NCBI GenBank assembly: GCA_963666985.2
Contig: CAXXIA010000003.1
Span: forward strand, 96,001-160,000
DNA: 64,000 bases
Direction: 5' to 3'
Origin: Spirochaetia bacterium
GTDB lineage: Bacteria > Spirochaetota > Spirochaetia > DSM-2461
Shown here: one piece after another, positions 40,114 through 50,800 of the stretch
Layout: every line of letters begins with the position of its first letter
Position numbering within the stretch: position 1 is the first letter of the stretch
Translations under genes and position numbers: made by a program
The notes under the pieces: model-generated
Databases searched by the model: none
The model's input: the letters and a program-made list of their open reading frames with translations, nothing else
Told to the model about the DNA's origin: nothing

Positions 40114-40623
40114 CTATTCGTTTCCCTCACTTGTTTTCGACTCGGGGAGAAATTTCATTATGAAAATAAACAGCAGACGAATCAGCATCAGAAAGAAACC
40201 GATCGGAACAACGACATACAGATAAGCATTGCTGAACGGCAGAGTCATGGGATACTGCCTGGCCGCAAAAACCATGTTCTTTAAACCGTATATTATAAAA
40301 ACCACACAACACGCCATCATGATGATATCCACGAGGGACAATACGATCTTTTTCAGTTTATACGGCAGTTTTTCAACAAAAATATCGATACCGATATGTT
40401 CTCCGTTATGAATGCAGAGACTCGAACCGAAAAACACGATGTAGACATAAAGCCAGCGGGAGAGCTCTTCGGTCCAAACAGGAGCGTAATCGATATTCAT
40501 CGCTATGGGTTTTAAACGGAAAAAAATCTGAATAAGAACGGTTAAAAACAGCAAAATAAAACATGCGATTTCAACCGCTTCTTCCAGAATAAGTGTTTTC
40601 TTATAGAAACGTACAAACTTCAT
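40114..40623 (-). CDS. TRAP transporter small permease (DctQ)
   Basis: WTEELSRWL..HIGID; 4 TM helices. Confidence 0.93.
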   Translation of the reverse strand: MKFVRFYKKTLILEEAVEIACFILLFLTVLIQIFFRLKPIAMNIDYAPVWTEELSRWLYVYIVFFGSSLCIHNGEHIGIDIFVEKLPYKLKKIVLSLVDIIMMACCVVFIIYGLKNMVFAARQYPMTLPFSNAYLYVVVPIGFFLMLIRLLFIFIMKFLPESKTSEGNE

Positions 40624-40637
40624 TTAACAGACCTACT

Positions 40638-40670
40638 AAAAACGCCCGCCTTGCCTAAGCCGGGCGGGCG
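40638..40670 (-). terminator. Intercistronic hairpin after the TRAP binding-protein gene
   Basis: cgcccgcc...ggcgggcg stem with a T tract on the minus strand. Confidence 0.55.
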
Positions 40671-40693
40671 AATTAAGGATTCGCTAAGGAATC

Positions 40694-41683
40694 CTACATC
40701 TCTCCGATCTGAGCAATCAGGCCGACAATATTCAATTCTTTCTCAATTTTAGCATAATACGGAGCCATGGCTTTTCTCATGGGTTCCGCGTCCGGATAGG
40801 TAATTTCCAAACCGTTGTCCTGGAAAAATTGAATCAATTCGTTCGACTGTTCGGTAATCAGACGAACGCTTTCCTGTTTCGCGGCATCCGCGGCTTCTTT
40901 CATCCAGCCCTGCTGTTTGGAAGAAAGGGATTCCCAGCGCTTGTTGGAAAGAAGAATCGATTTGTCCTGAACAACATGATTATCGATGGCGATCGCCGAT
41001 TGGGCTTCATAGAACTTCATGGCGTTGATCGTCGGAAGCGGATTTTCCTGAGCGTCCACGCTGTTGGTTTTAAGAGCCAGATAAACTTCCGCGAACGCGA
41101 TGGACGTGGGACGGCCTCCCATGGCTTCGGCCCAGTCTTTCAGTCCTCTGGAATTGGGTGTTCGGATTCTCAGTCCTTTATAGTCATCAATGCTGTAAAG
41201 CGGCTTGTTGGATGATGTCTGACGTGTTCCGAAGAGAGTCTGTCCCAAAACATAAATATTAAAATTCTCTGCCAGTTTCTTTTGGATGCCCTTGCCCCAA
41301 TCGCTTTCCAGGATTCGGCCGATATGATCCAAATCCTTAACGACATAGGCCATTTCCAAAACGGAAAGTTCCGGAATCAGCGTGCTGACGCCGCCTATGG
41401 GCTCCATGTACAAATCAAGCTCATTCATGGAAATTTGATTAATCATTTCCTTAGCGTCACCGAGCTGACCGTTGGGGAAAATGTCACAGGTCATGGAGTC
41501 GTCGGAAACGGAAGCCAAGGTTTCCGCGAACTTTACAGCAGCGGCGTATTCGACACTTTCCGTGTTTCCATTCACACCGAATTTGAGCACGATCGATTCG
41601 GCGGAGTCGCCCTCACCCGCACCTGTTGCAAAAACGGATGCGGCCGCCACGAAACACATTAATACGATAAAAAGACGCTTCAT
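40694..41683 (-). CDS. TRAP solute-binding protein, SiaP-like
   Basis: Signal peptide; PNGQLG, GTRQTSSNKP, GLRIRTP and AFAEVYLALKTNSVDAQENPL..KFYE, similar to SiaP. Confidence 0.88.
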   Translation of the reverse strand: MKRLFIVLMCFVAAASVFATGAGEGDSAESIVLKFGVNGNTESVEYAAAVKFAETLASVSDDSMTCDIFPNGQLGDAKEMINQISMNELDLYMEPIGGVSTLIPELSVLEMAYVVKDLDHIGRILESDWGKGIQKKLAENFNIYVLGQTLFGTRQTSSNKPLYSIDDYKGLRIRTPNSRGLKDWAEAMGGRPTSIAFAEVYLALKTNSVDAQENPLPTINAMKFYEAQSAIAIDNHVVQDKSILLSNKRWESLSSKQQGWMKEAADAAKQESVRLITEQSNELIQFFQDNGLEITYPDAEPMRKAMAPYYAKIEKELNIVGLIAQIGEM

Positions 41684-41754
41684 AAATACTGCCTCCTTGG
41701 GAAATGGATCTTTTTGAATAGAATCCGATCCATAAAAAACGAATAACATAGCCC

Positions 41755-41794
41755 AACTGGCATGTCAACAGAAATATTAGTTGATATTTCAGTT
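41755..41794. promoter_or_regulatory. Imperfect inverted repeat, putative GntR operator between divergent genes
   Basis: aactggcatgtcaac-N10-gttgatatttcagtt, overlapping TTGACA (minus) and TTGATA (plus) -35-like hexamers. Confidence 0.5.
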
Positions 41795-41815
41795 TATTCA
41801 CTATAATATGACCCC

Positions 41816-42472
41816 ATGTTTCAACATGATCTTTTCTGCTTGGATACGGAAAACGACTCTCAAGATACATTGACGAATGAGGTCTATAAGGATCTTCTGA
41901 AAAAATTTCTCAACAACGAGATTCTCCCCGGGACCATCCTGGATCGGAAAAATCTTGCCAAAGAAATGGACGTCAGCATCGCCCCTTTAAGAGAAGCATT
42001 GGCCCGATTAACCATGGAAGGCTTTATTGAAACATTACCCCGCCGCGGCACCATCGCGAAAACCTTCAGCCGCAAAGACATTTATGGGAGTTTGATCCTC
42101 CGGGAAGCGATCGAGGTTCAAGCCGTCCGAATGTACTGCGGCAAACCCATCAGGGATCATCTGGAGGCATTAACCGCCGCGGCCAAAGAGGTCGACGCGC
42201 AGGATTATGATATGGCCGATCATTGGAAATGGGACGTTCATCTGCATCTCCAGCTCATCAATCTGACGGACTGCGACGCTCTTGTTTCCGAGTTCAGAAG
42301 AATCATGAAAATCGCGATTTTCTACCACGTCAATACGTTCCTTCCCGTTGACGATCTGAAGGAACGGCTGAGTCATGTCGAACTGATCAATACGTTGAGC
42401 GAAGAAAATCCGGATCAAGCGGAAAGCATTATCCGGGATCATTTAAGAAGCGGAAAAAGACATTTTTTCTAG
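41816..42472 (+). CDS. GntR (FCD) family transcriptional regulator
   Basis: LAKEMDVSIAPLREALARL..EGFIETLPRRGT HTH; FCD-like C-terminus. Confidence 0.92.
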   Translation: MFQHDLFCLDTENDSQDTLTNEVYKDLLKKFLNNEILPGTILDRKNLAKEMDVSIAPLREALARLTMEGFIETLPRRGTIAKTFSRKDIYGSLILREAIEVQAVRMYCGKPIRDHLEALTAAAKEVDAQDYDMADHWKWDVHLHLQLINLTDCDALVSEFRRIMKIAIFYHVNTFLPVDDLKERLSHVELINTLSEENPDQAESIIRDHLRSGKRHFF

Positions 42473-42473
42473 T

Positions 42474-43361
42474 ATGAGGACTTCCATGAAGAAAGCAATT
42501 ATTCCGGCGCTGCTGACGCCGTTCAAAAACCGAAAAATCGATGAAGATGCCTTAAGGGCCTTGGTGGAGTACAGCATCCGAAAAGGCGTTTCCGGGTTTT
42601 ACGTTTGCGGAAGCACCGGCGAAGCGTTCATGCTGAGGGCGGACGACCGCAAGCATATTGTGGAAATCGTCGCGGATCAGGTCAAAAAACGCGTCGACAT
42701 CATCGTTCAGATCGGTTCCATCGGGACCGATCTGGCCGTCGATTTGGGCAGACACGCCCTTGGGGTGGAAGGAGTGAGCGGCCTTTCGTCCATCCCTCCT
42801 TATTATTACAAATTCACCGGAGAGGAGATTCTCCACTATTACCTGGATTTGGCCGAGGAACTGGGAACACCGATGATTCCCTACAATTTCCCCCGCCTCT
42901 CGGGGGTTACGCTCACGCCGGATTTCATCAGCAAGCTGATTGAAGAAAAGGCCATTGCGGGACTGAAGTTCACCTCGGAAAATTTCTATGATTTGGAAAA
43001 AATCAAACTCAGCTACCCGGATCTGACGGTTTATAACGGACTCGATGAAATGTATATTTCGGGACTGGCCATGGGCGCGGACGGCGCCATCGGAAGCACG
43101 TTCAATTTCATGGCGGATAAATTCATCCGGATATCGGATTTCTTTGAAGAAGGCCGCATTGAAGAAGCCCGCCGGCTTCAGAGCGAAGCGAACCAGGTTA
43201 TCGAAGCTTTATTCGGGGTTCGCTGTTTCATGGCGGCGCAGAAATACATGCTGGATCTTATCGGTATTCCCTTCGGAGATCCGCAAAGGCCTTTTATGCC
43301 GCTGAACGGCGAAGAAAAATCCTTCCTGAAGAAACGATGCGAATCATTATTGGCACGGTAA
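42474..43361 (+). CDS. nanA: N-acetylneuraminate lyase-like DHDPS-family aldolase
   Basis: YVCGSTGEAF, IPPYYYKF, YNFP, GLKFTS and GADGAIGSTFNFM motifs. Confidence 0.8.
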   Translation: MRTSMKKAIIPALLTPFKNRKIDEDALRALVEYSIRKGVSGFYVCGSTGEAFMLRADDRKHIVEIVADQVKKRVDIIVQIGSIGTDLAVDLGRHALGVEGVSGLSSIPPYYYKFTGEEILHYYLDLAEELGTPMIPYNFPRLSGVTLTPDFISKLIEEKAIAGLKFTSENFYDLEKIKLSYPDLTVYNGLDEMYISGLAMGADGAIGSTFNFMADKFIRISDFFEEGRIEEARRLQSEANQVIEALFGVRCFMAAQKYMLDLIGIPFGDPQRPFMPLNGEEKSFLKKRCESLLAR

Positions 43362-43368
43362 TCGGCTC

Positions 43369-44178
43369 ATGAAACGCATCATCGATCGATTTTCCCTCGA
43401 CGGAAAAACAGCCTTTGTTACCGGAGCGGCGGCCTGGCTGGGATGGGATGCCGCCTGCGTCCTGGCCGAAGCGGGATGTGATGTTGCACTTTCATCCAGA
43501 AACCTTGAAAAAGCCCAAGAGGCGAGTGTTCGTCTTCAAAAACTCTTTCCTAAGATTCGAACCCTCGGAGTGGAGCTGGATCATGGAAGCGCCGATTCGG
43601 TGGAACGGGCGTTCGGCCGGGTGATGGATTGGAACGGCCGGCTCGACATACTCGTGAACAATGCCGGCGGAGGTTCGGGCGGCAGTCCCGGCGACATCGG
43701 GAAGCGATCGACCCAAGACGTGGATGCGATGATTCAGTCGAATCTTACAGGCGTTCTTTACTGCTGCCGCAGCGCGGCGAACCTTATGGTTCCCCGGGAA
43801 ACCGGCGTTATCATCAGCATCGCTTCCATGGCGGGCCTCATCGGACGTGACAGACGGATGTATCGGCGAAGCGGTATGAACGCTCAGCCCGTGGATTACG
43901 CGGCCGCGAAAGCGGGCATCATCGGCATGACGAGAGATCTCGCGGCGTCTTTGGGGGCCTATGGAATTCGCGTAAATTCCATATCTCCGGGAGGATTCGA
44001 CAAAGGAGTTCTGCCGCAGCGATTTGTCGACGAATACGCCGATTCTTCGATGCTCGGACGATGGGGAAAGTTCGAAAGCGATATCGGCGGACCGATACTC
44101 TTTCTCGCTTCGGATGCCTCATCCTATGTCACCGGACATAACTTGGTCGTCGACGGCGGATTTTCTCTCTTTAAATAG
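43369..44178 (+). CDS. SDR family oxidoreductase (PtmA-like insert)
   Basis: TGAAAWLG, NNAG, SMAGLIGRDRRMY....PVDYAAAKAG and NLVVDGG motifs. Confidence 0.9.
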   Translation: MKRIIDRFSLDGKTAFVTGAAAWLGWDAACVLAEAGCDVALSSRNLEKAQEASVRLQKLFPKIRTLGVELDHGSADSVERAFGRVMDWNGRLDILVNNAGGGSGGSPGDIGKRSTQDVDAMIQSNLTGVLYCCRSAANLMVPRETGVIISIASMAGLIGRDRRMYRRSGMNAQPVDYAAAKAGIIGMTRDLAASLGAYGIRVNSISPGGFDKGVLPQRFVDEYADSSMLGRWGKFESDIGGPILFLASDASSYVTGHNLVVDGGFSLFK

Positions 44179-44231
44179 GAATGGCCCATTGAGAGCATTC
44201 TCGATAAATGCCGGCAAAGGGGAAACAAGTT

Positions 44232-45161
44232 ATGAAGCCGCTGAAAGCATCGGAAATCAAAGGTAATTGGGCGACACTGATCACGTCTTGGAATCCTGAT
44301 AACTCCCTGGATCTTACACGTCTGGGGAAAGAAATCGACATTCTCATCGGAATGAACGTGGACGGAATCTATTCCAACGGAACCACCGGTGAATTCCATA
44401 CACAGACAGAATCGGAATTTGATGCCATCTCGGCTCTTCTGGCCGATAAATGCAATGCGGCCTCCATGCCGTTCCAAATCGGCGTGAGCCATATGTCGGC
44501 GCAAATTTCCCTTGATCGACTGCGGCGAATCCTGCCCCTCTCCCCGAGCGCCGTTCAGGTGATTCTTCCGGATTGGTTTCCCGTAACCGATGAAGAGGCT
44601 CTTGTCTTTCTTCAGAAAATGGAAGAAACGGCCGAAGGAATCGGACTGGTTCTCTACAATCCTCCTCATGCCAAACGCGTGCTTTGCCCTCAAACCATAG
44701 GCCGATTGGCCGATAAAGTCCCAACTCTGGTAGGACTCAAAACCGCCGGAGGAGATGAAGATTGGTTTAAAGAAATGAGAACGTTCATACCCAATCTCAG
44801 CGTTTTCGTGCCGGGTCATCTTTTGGCATCGGGAATCGGACAGGGCGCTTCGGGGGCCTACTCCAATGTTGCCTGCCTCCACCCGAAGGCCGCTCAGGAA
44901 TGGACCGATCTCATGGCCGATGATATGGAGAAGGCCTTGGAACAGGAAAAGCGGCTGCGGTATTTCATGGATACATACATCGTTCCATTCATAACCGAGC
45001 ACAAGTACTGCAATTCCGCCTGCGACAGGCTGCTTGCCATGATTGGAGGATGGGCGGATGTCGGCGAAAACATGCGCTGGCCCTATCGTTCCATACCGGC
45101 ATCCGAAGCATCCCGGCTGCGGCCCGTCGCGCGAGAAATTTTACCGGAATTTATTCTATAG
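44232..45161 (+). CDS. Second DHDPS/NAL-family aldolase or dehydratase
   Basis: YSNGTTGEF, LYNPPH and GLKTAGG motifs. Confidence 0.85.
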   Translation: MKPLKASEIKGNWATLITSWNPDNSLDLTRLGKEIDILIGMNVDGIYSNGTTGEFHTQTESEFDAISALLADKCNAASMPFQIGVSHMSAQISLDRLRRILPLSPSAVQVILPDWFPVTDEEALVFLQKMEETAEGIGLVLYNPPHAKRVLCPQTIGRLADKVPTLVGLKTAGGDEDWFKEMRTFIPNLSVFVPGHLLASGIGQGASGAYSNVACLHPKAAQEWTDLMADDMEKALEQEKRLRYFMDTYIVPFITEHKYCNSACDRLLAMIGGWADVGENMRWPYRSIPASEASRLRPVAREILPEFIL

Positions 45162-46245
45162 GAAGCATCAGAACACACACAGGCGATCCGGTTTCCAATC
45201 GGGCTTCCCACCCGTCTGAAGGAAGTCCGGTTGCAGGATCGAAACGTCTGCAGGTGATTTCATGGGAATCCTGATTCGCGATGAATAAAAGGCTCCCGTC
45301 GGGTGAAAACTCGATGTCGCGGGGCGTTTTGCCGCGGCAGGAAAAGCGCTCGGCAAGGGAGAGATTGACCGGAGAAACAGTGCCGCCGCCGGCCTTCGTG
45401 CCGCTTCTCTCGATAGAAAACACGGCGATTGTATCGCTGAAGCGGTTGGAAACGGCGACGGTTTTCCCGGAAGGATGAACCTTCACCGCCGCCGGTGCCG
45501 CCCTATCCGCGGTATCGGCGGCTTCCGTGTTTTCTTCCCGGACGACGGCAAGATTTCCGGTTTCGGGATCGATAAGTGCGGCCAGAAGCTTCGGCTGAAG
45601 CTCACACAGCAGATAAACAACCGGAAGAAAAGGATCAAAGGCCAGATGACGCGGACCGTATCCTCCGGGAACGTTCAGGGCGATTTCCGGATCACTCCGA
45701 TCGTCACCGGGACGATGGCGCCATACGATATCGCTTCCGAGATCAACAACATACAAGACATCGCCGTAGGGGCTTTTAAGGACTTGGTGTGCATGAGGCG
45801 CGCCTTGACGTTCGGTATTCGGGCCGCTTCCCTCATAAAGCCGATCCATTCTGACGCGTCCGAGCCGTCCTTCATCCAGTCCGTAACCGGTGAGCCGTCC
45901 GTCGGAATAGGAAGCCGCGTATAACCGTCTGGCCTCCGGAACAGCCGTCAGATGACAGCCGGAGCGTCCGGGACCTTTTCGGCGGCAGCGCCGTCTGAGA
46001 TGCCAGTCTTCACCTACGGTAAACTCCACTACGGCACCATGCCTGTTTTCCATTTCGGAAACGGCATACAGTCTCCGCCGATCAGGCAGCCATTCAAGAT
46101 AAGACGGATTACGGATGTCGGAGTATGTATTCAGAACGGTAAAGCGTCCTGATTGATCTCTTTCGACAATAAGGATGCCCGCCCCTTGGGCATCGATATC
46201 CGGAGATTTGTGATGGGTGTATGTCCCGACGGCGAAACGAAGCAT
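45151..46245 (-). CDS. Lactonase family beta-propeller (6-phosphogluconolactonase-like)
   Basis: VGTYT, NPSYL, RQGAPHAHQ, DLGSD, GPRHLAF, SNR and GKTPRD..ANQDS motifs. Confidence 0.9.
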   Translation of the reverse strand: MLRFAVGTYTHHKSPDIDAQGAGILIVERDQSGRFTVLNTYSDIRNPSYLEWLPDRRRLYAVSEMENRHGAVVEFTVGEDWHLRRRCRRKGPGRSGCHLTAVPEARRLYAASYSDGRLTGYGLDEGRLGRVRMDRLYEGSGPNTERQGAPHAHQVLKSPYGDVLYVVDLGSDIVWRHRPGDDRSDPEIALNVPGGYGPRHLAFDPFLPVVYLLCELQPKLLAALIDPETGNLAVVREENTEAADTADRAAPAAVKVHPSGKTVAVSNRFSDTIAVFSIERSGTKAGGGTVSPVNLSLAERFSCRGKTPRDIEFSPDGSLLFIANQDSHEITCRRFDPATGLPSDGWEARLETGSPVCVLMLPIE

Positions 46246-46358
46246 AATCGGAGGGTACCATGCATCCGAAGAGGACTGTAAGGAGGCCGGATGTGATGCC
46301 GACTCCTTTTCGCCGCCATATCTCACCTCACCTCTTCGGTACGGAAGTTCCGCGTGAA

Positions 46359-47672
46359 TCAGTCCAGAATGAGAATTTCAACGCGGCGATCTTTCGCATC
46401 GGTTCCCGTCGGGATTTCGGACCCCACCCCGCGGATATAAAGCTTTCCGGAACCCGATCGTCCGGCGGGGAACAAAGCTTCGGCGGCGGCGGCGGCCCGC
46501 CGGCGGGACAGATCCCTTCGGCCTTCGGCGCTCCCGTAATGGGCGGTATGACCCGTGATGAGAATATCGCGGTCGGCATAATCGGCCAGACGATTGCCGA
46601 GAATTTCAAGATACGCCCGGGCGGATTTTGAGATTTCCGCCGATTCCGGATCGAAATAGATGTTTTGCGCATCATCAAGAATGAGGCGCACACCTTCGCC
46701 GATCACCTCCACGTCCATACCCGGGATTTCTGCGAATTCCTTCCGAAAATCATCGGCAACACGCTCCCTCTCCAGAACAGGGATTCTCCGGTATTCGATT
46801 TCCTGACGCCCTCGGAATTCCCGGCTGTATCCGTCGCTCAAGAGCAGAAAGAACTCGAAATCCTCAACTCTTGAAACGGGAATGCCGTTTTCGATGTCCC
46901 AAAGCAGATGATGAACGGATCGCCCCGAAAGCATTCGAATCGGCTCACCGGGCTCCCGAACGGGTAAATGGATGTCGTACTCAATGCGGATTCGAGCCAG
47001 ATCCCTGCCCTCCGACTCGATCCGTTCCAGATAGGTATACACGGCGTTAAAATCCGCGCGATACGGTCCGGCAAGAACATCGCCGAAGCGGAAAAGATGA
47101 ACTTCAGCGGCTTTTTGATTCCATGAATCGCCGGGGGCCACAGGATCATCCGGAAAAACAGGGATATCACGGAACACCGGCCGCGCCGCGTTTTCAGGGA
47201 TTTCCAAACGGCCCCGTACATCACGGGTTATCAAAACCTTCTCTTCACTCACCCACTCCACATACCACGGTGCTCCGGCTATACGCTCCTCGGTTCGGAA
47301 GACGCTTTCCAGGCTCGCCGTTCCATCTTCGTCCACGAATTTCGTAACGCTCACCGACGATTCGGTTATTTCCGCGTCATGATAATAAAGGCCGTCGGCA
47401 TAAACCGACTCCATCACCCGTGCATCGGCATGAAGAACTTCTCCGGGACGGTGGATGAATCGTAACAGCGCGGCATCGGAGGAATGAACGGTTCCGGAGG
47501 AGGAACCGGAGGCCGTTTCGTTCTTGATTTCCGTACCGACATCCGCGGAAAGGCCCTCTTCTGTAAATACAGGAGGGCAAACGGCTGAGAATACCACGAT
47601 GAAGAAGATGGCCGGGAAGACATTGGCGGCCGATAAACGGTATTCGGGGATATCGAAGAAAAAACGTCTCAT
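46359..47672 (-). CDS. OmpA-family C-terminal domain protein (start uncertain)
   Basis: C-terminal IYFDPESAEI..ILITGHTA..LSRRRA..DRRVEILIL; hydrophobic leader. Confidence 0.85.
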   Translation of the reverse strand: MRRFFFDIPEYRLSAANVFPAIFFIVVFSAVCPPVFTEEGLSADVGTEIKNETASGSSSGTVHSSDAALLRFIHRPGEVLHADARVMESVYADGLYYHDAEITESSVSVTKFVDEDGTASLESVFRTEERIAGAPWYVEWVSEEKVLITRDVRGRLEIPENAARPVFRDIPVFPDDPVAPGDSWNQKAAEVHLFRFGDVLAGPYRADFNAVYTYLERIESEGRDLARIRIEYDIHLPVREPGEPIRMLSGRSVHHLLWDIENGIPVSRVEDFEFFLLLSDGYSREFRGRQEIEYRRIPVLERERVADDFRKEFAEIPGMDVEVIGEGVRLILDDAQNIYFDPESAEISKSARAYLEILGNRLADYADRDILITGHTAHYGSAEGRRDLSRRRAAAAAEALFPAGRSGSGKLYIRGVGSEIPTGTDAKDRRVEILILD

Positions 47673-47868
47673 GCCCGTATCATCGGCGTAAATGTGTTTC
47701 CGGAGTAGACGGAATATCGAGAAACTCGTGAGGTTCCCGAATCTCACAAAGCCTCCCCGCCTCCGCCCCGGTGTATTTCCTCCGATGAAAAAGACTTAAA
47801 ATATTCGCTCCGCATCTCTCATGAAGAGACTCTGGCGCCCGGCCGCGTCCGCCGTTACTCTAAAGGCT

Positions 47869-50800
47869 ATGAATCTTCCGCTCTCCGAACCGACAAAGGA
47901 CTGGTTTCTCCGCCGCTACGGCAGACCGACGGCCGTTCAAATCGGTGCGTGGAAAGCATCTTCGGCCCAAGATCATCTTCTCGCCGTGGCTCCTACCGGA
48001 AGCGGAAAAACCTTTGCCGCGTTTCTGACGGCCCTGGACGGTTTTTATTCGGGAAAAATCGCTCCCGGCGCACTCCGTGTTCTCTACATCTCGCCGCTAA
48101 AAGCATTGGGAACCGACATCAAGGAAAACCTGACCGGCCCCTTAAGGGAATTAAGGAAAGTGCACGATGAGAAGGGTACCAAGGCACCTGAAATCCGTAT
48201 CGGCATCCGAAACGGCGACACGACTCCCTCCGAAAGACGGCGTCAAATCGCAGAGCCGCCCGAGATACTCATCACCACGCCCGAAAGCCTGAACATCCTT
48301 CTTCTCTCGGACGGCGGCCGCAGGATTCTCTCCACCGTTGAAATCTGCATCCTTGATGAAATCCATGCCGTGGCTCCCACCGGACGCGGAACGCTTTTGG
48401 CCTGCGCCTTGGAGCGATTGGCCGATCTCGCGGGGGAATTCCAGCGCATCGGACTCACCGCCACGGTCCGGCCCTTGGAAAGAGCGGCTGAATTTCTGGG
48501 CGGATTCATGCCTTCGGATTCCGCCGGATCCACCCTCATCCCGCGCCCGGTCACCATCGTGGCCCCTCCTTCCGAGAAAAAAATCCTTATCTCCGTGGAA
48601 CCCCTCCCCGCGCCGCCCCCCGACGCCGATCATCCGGACCCCGAAGGATTCTGGAAAGACATCGCCCGGCGGGTACGCCAATCGGTCAAAGAACACCGCT
48701 CCACCCTGGCCTTTCTGGACAGCCGCAAATGGGCCGAAAAAACGGCCTGCCTCATCAACGAAGGCGAAGAAGAAATTCTTGCCTGGGCCCATCACGGCTC
48801 CCTTTCCAAAGACATGAGGCGGCTGGTGGAAACCCGTCTTAAAAAAGGCGAACTGAAAGCCGTCGTGGCCACCGGCTCTCTGGAACTGGGCATCGACATC
48901 GGTCCTTTGGATGAAGTCCTGATGCTCGGATCACCCGCATCTCCATCGGCCGCTCTGCAGAGGGCCGGCCGAGCCGGACACAGGCCGGAATCTCCCAGCA
49001 GAGCCCGCATTTTTCCGGTAACCCCATCGGATCTTCTGGCTTCGGCCGTACTTTCCAAAATGTCGGAAAACGGAGAAATCGAAGCACTCCGCATCCCGGA
49101 AAATCCTCTGGACCTTTTGGCGCAGGTTCTCCTTACCCTCTGCGCCGAAAAAGGCCGCACCGCCGAAGAACTTTGGAATCTGATCCGCCGCTCTTGGCCC
49201 TTCCGAAATCTCCCGCGAAAATCCTTCGACTCGGTCCTGACCATGATCATGGGCCGCTACGCGGAAACACGAATCGCAACCCTCAGACCGCAAATCTACA
49301 AAGACGGAGAACTGCTTGTCGCCCGTCCCGGAACGCGCATGCGCCTTTATTCGGGCGGCGGCGCCATTCCCGATTTGGGTCTGTTCGCGGTAAAAGCCCG
49401 CGGCATCGAAGGAACCATAGGATCGCTGGATGAAAAATTCGTCTGGGAATCCCGAACCGGCATGGTCTTCCACATGGGAAACCGCCGATGGCGCATCGTC
49501 GAAATCAACGACAGGGAAGTTCAGGTGATCCCTACGGACGAAGCAATAAGCACCGATCCGTTCTGGAGGGCCGAAGCACGCGATCGCGACGAGGACTATT
49601 CCCGCCGCGTCGCCGAACTTCTCGAAACCGCCGAAGAGCTCCTCGCCGCAGAAGGGCAGTCAGAACCGGATGTCTCCTCCTCGGATCCTTTGACAGCCTT
49701 GCTGCAAACCGACTGGAACCTCAGCGACAAGGCGGCCTTTCAGCTCGCGGACTACCTGGAAAATCAAAGACGCAAAAGTGGAGTCCCCCTCCCCCACCGG
49801 CGCCACATCGTCGCCGAGTCCGCGGCCGCCCCGGAAACCGGAGCCGATCCGGAAGCCAGGATTCTCTTTCTCCACACATTCCTCGGCGGCCGCGTCAACA
49901 GGCCTCTTTCCCTGGCCCTGCAGGCCGCCTGGGAGAAACAATCACCCATCCCCGTTTATCCGATCGTCACAGACGAAGTTATCGCGTTCAGCCTGACAGA
50001 CCGTGACATCGAGTCCTTCGTCTCCCTGTTTTACGGCCTTTCCGATCCGGAAACGCTTATCCGGCGCGTACTGGAAGCCACCCCCTTTTTCGGCGGCCGT
50101 TTCCGGGAAGCGGCCGGCCGGGCCATGCTTCTGCCCGCCTCAACGCCCAGTCGGCGCCGGCCCCTGTGGATAACCCGCCAGAGATCCCGCATGCTCATGG
50201 AAGCCGTCCTGCCGTATCCTGATTTTCCCATCCTTGCCGAAGCTTGGCGATGCACATTGAACGACATGTTCGCCATGGATGCTCTTGAGGATGTCCTTGA
50301 AGGAATCCGAAGCGGCGACATTCGCATCAGCATTATAAGAACCGCCGCACCTTCACCGTTCGCACGGAACGCCGTCCGCCGACGGGAAGCGGTTCGCATG
50401 ACTTCGAACATGCAGGATCAATCCGACGCCCGCCTCATCAGCCGCCTGGACGACGGAGAAATCCGCCGACTAAAGAAAGCGGGGATCCTGAAGCCGAACA
50501 TTCCGGAGAATCTCATCCGCCGGCTCGACGGACGAAGACGCCGTCTGGAAGAAGGATTGGCGCCCGGATCGGTTGAAGCGCTGAAGGCATGGATCGCCGA
50601 ACGGGAGGCTTTCGACGCGGCCGACTGGGAACAAACCGTCGCGGCGGCGTCTCGGGATTCGGGGCTGAACGCGGCGGATTTGGAAAAAGCCGTGAAGAAG
50701 GCCGTTGTAAAAACACGGCTGGGCCCCGGCAAAAAGCCTTGGGTTATCGCCGCGGACCGCGCGGAAGAATGGGAAGCGGCCTTCGCCGAACGATCGGCGG

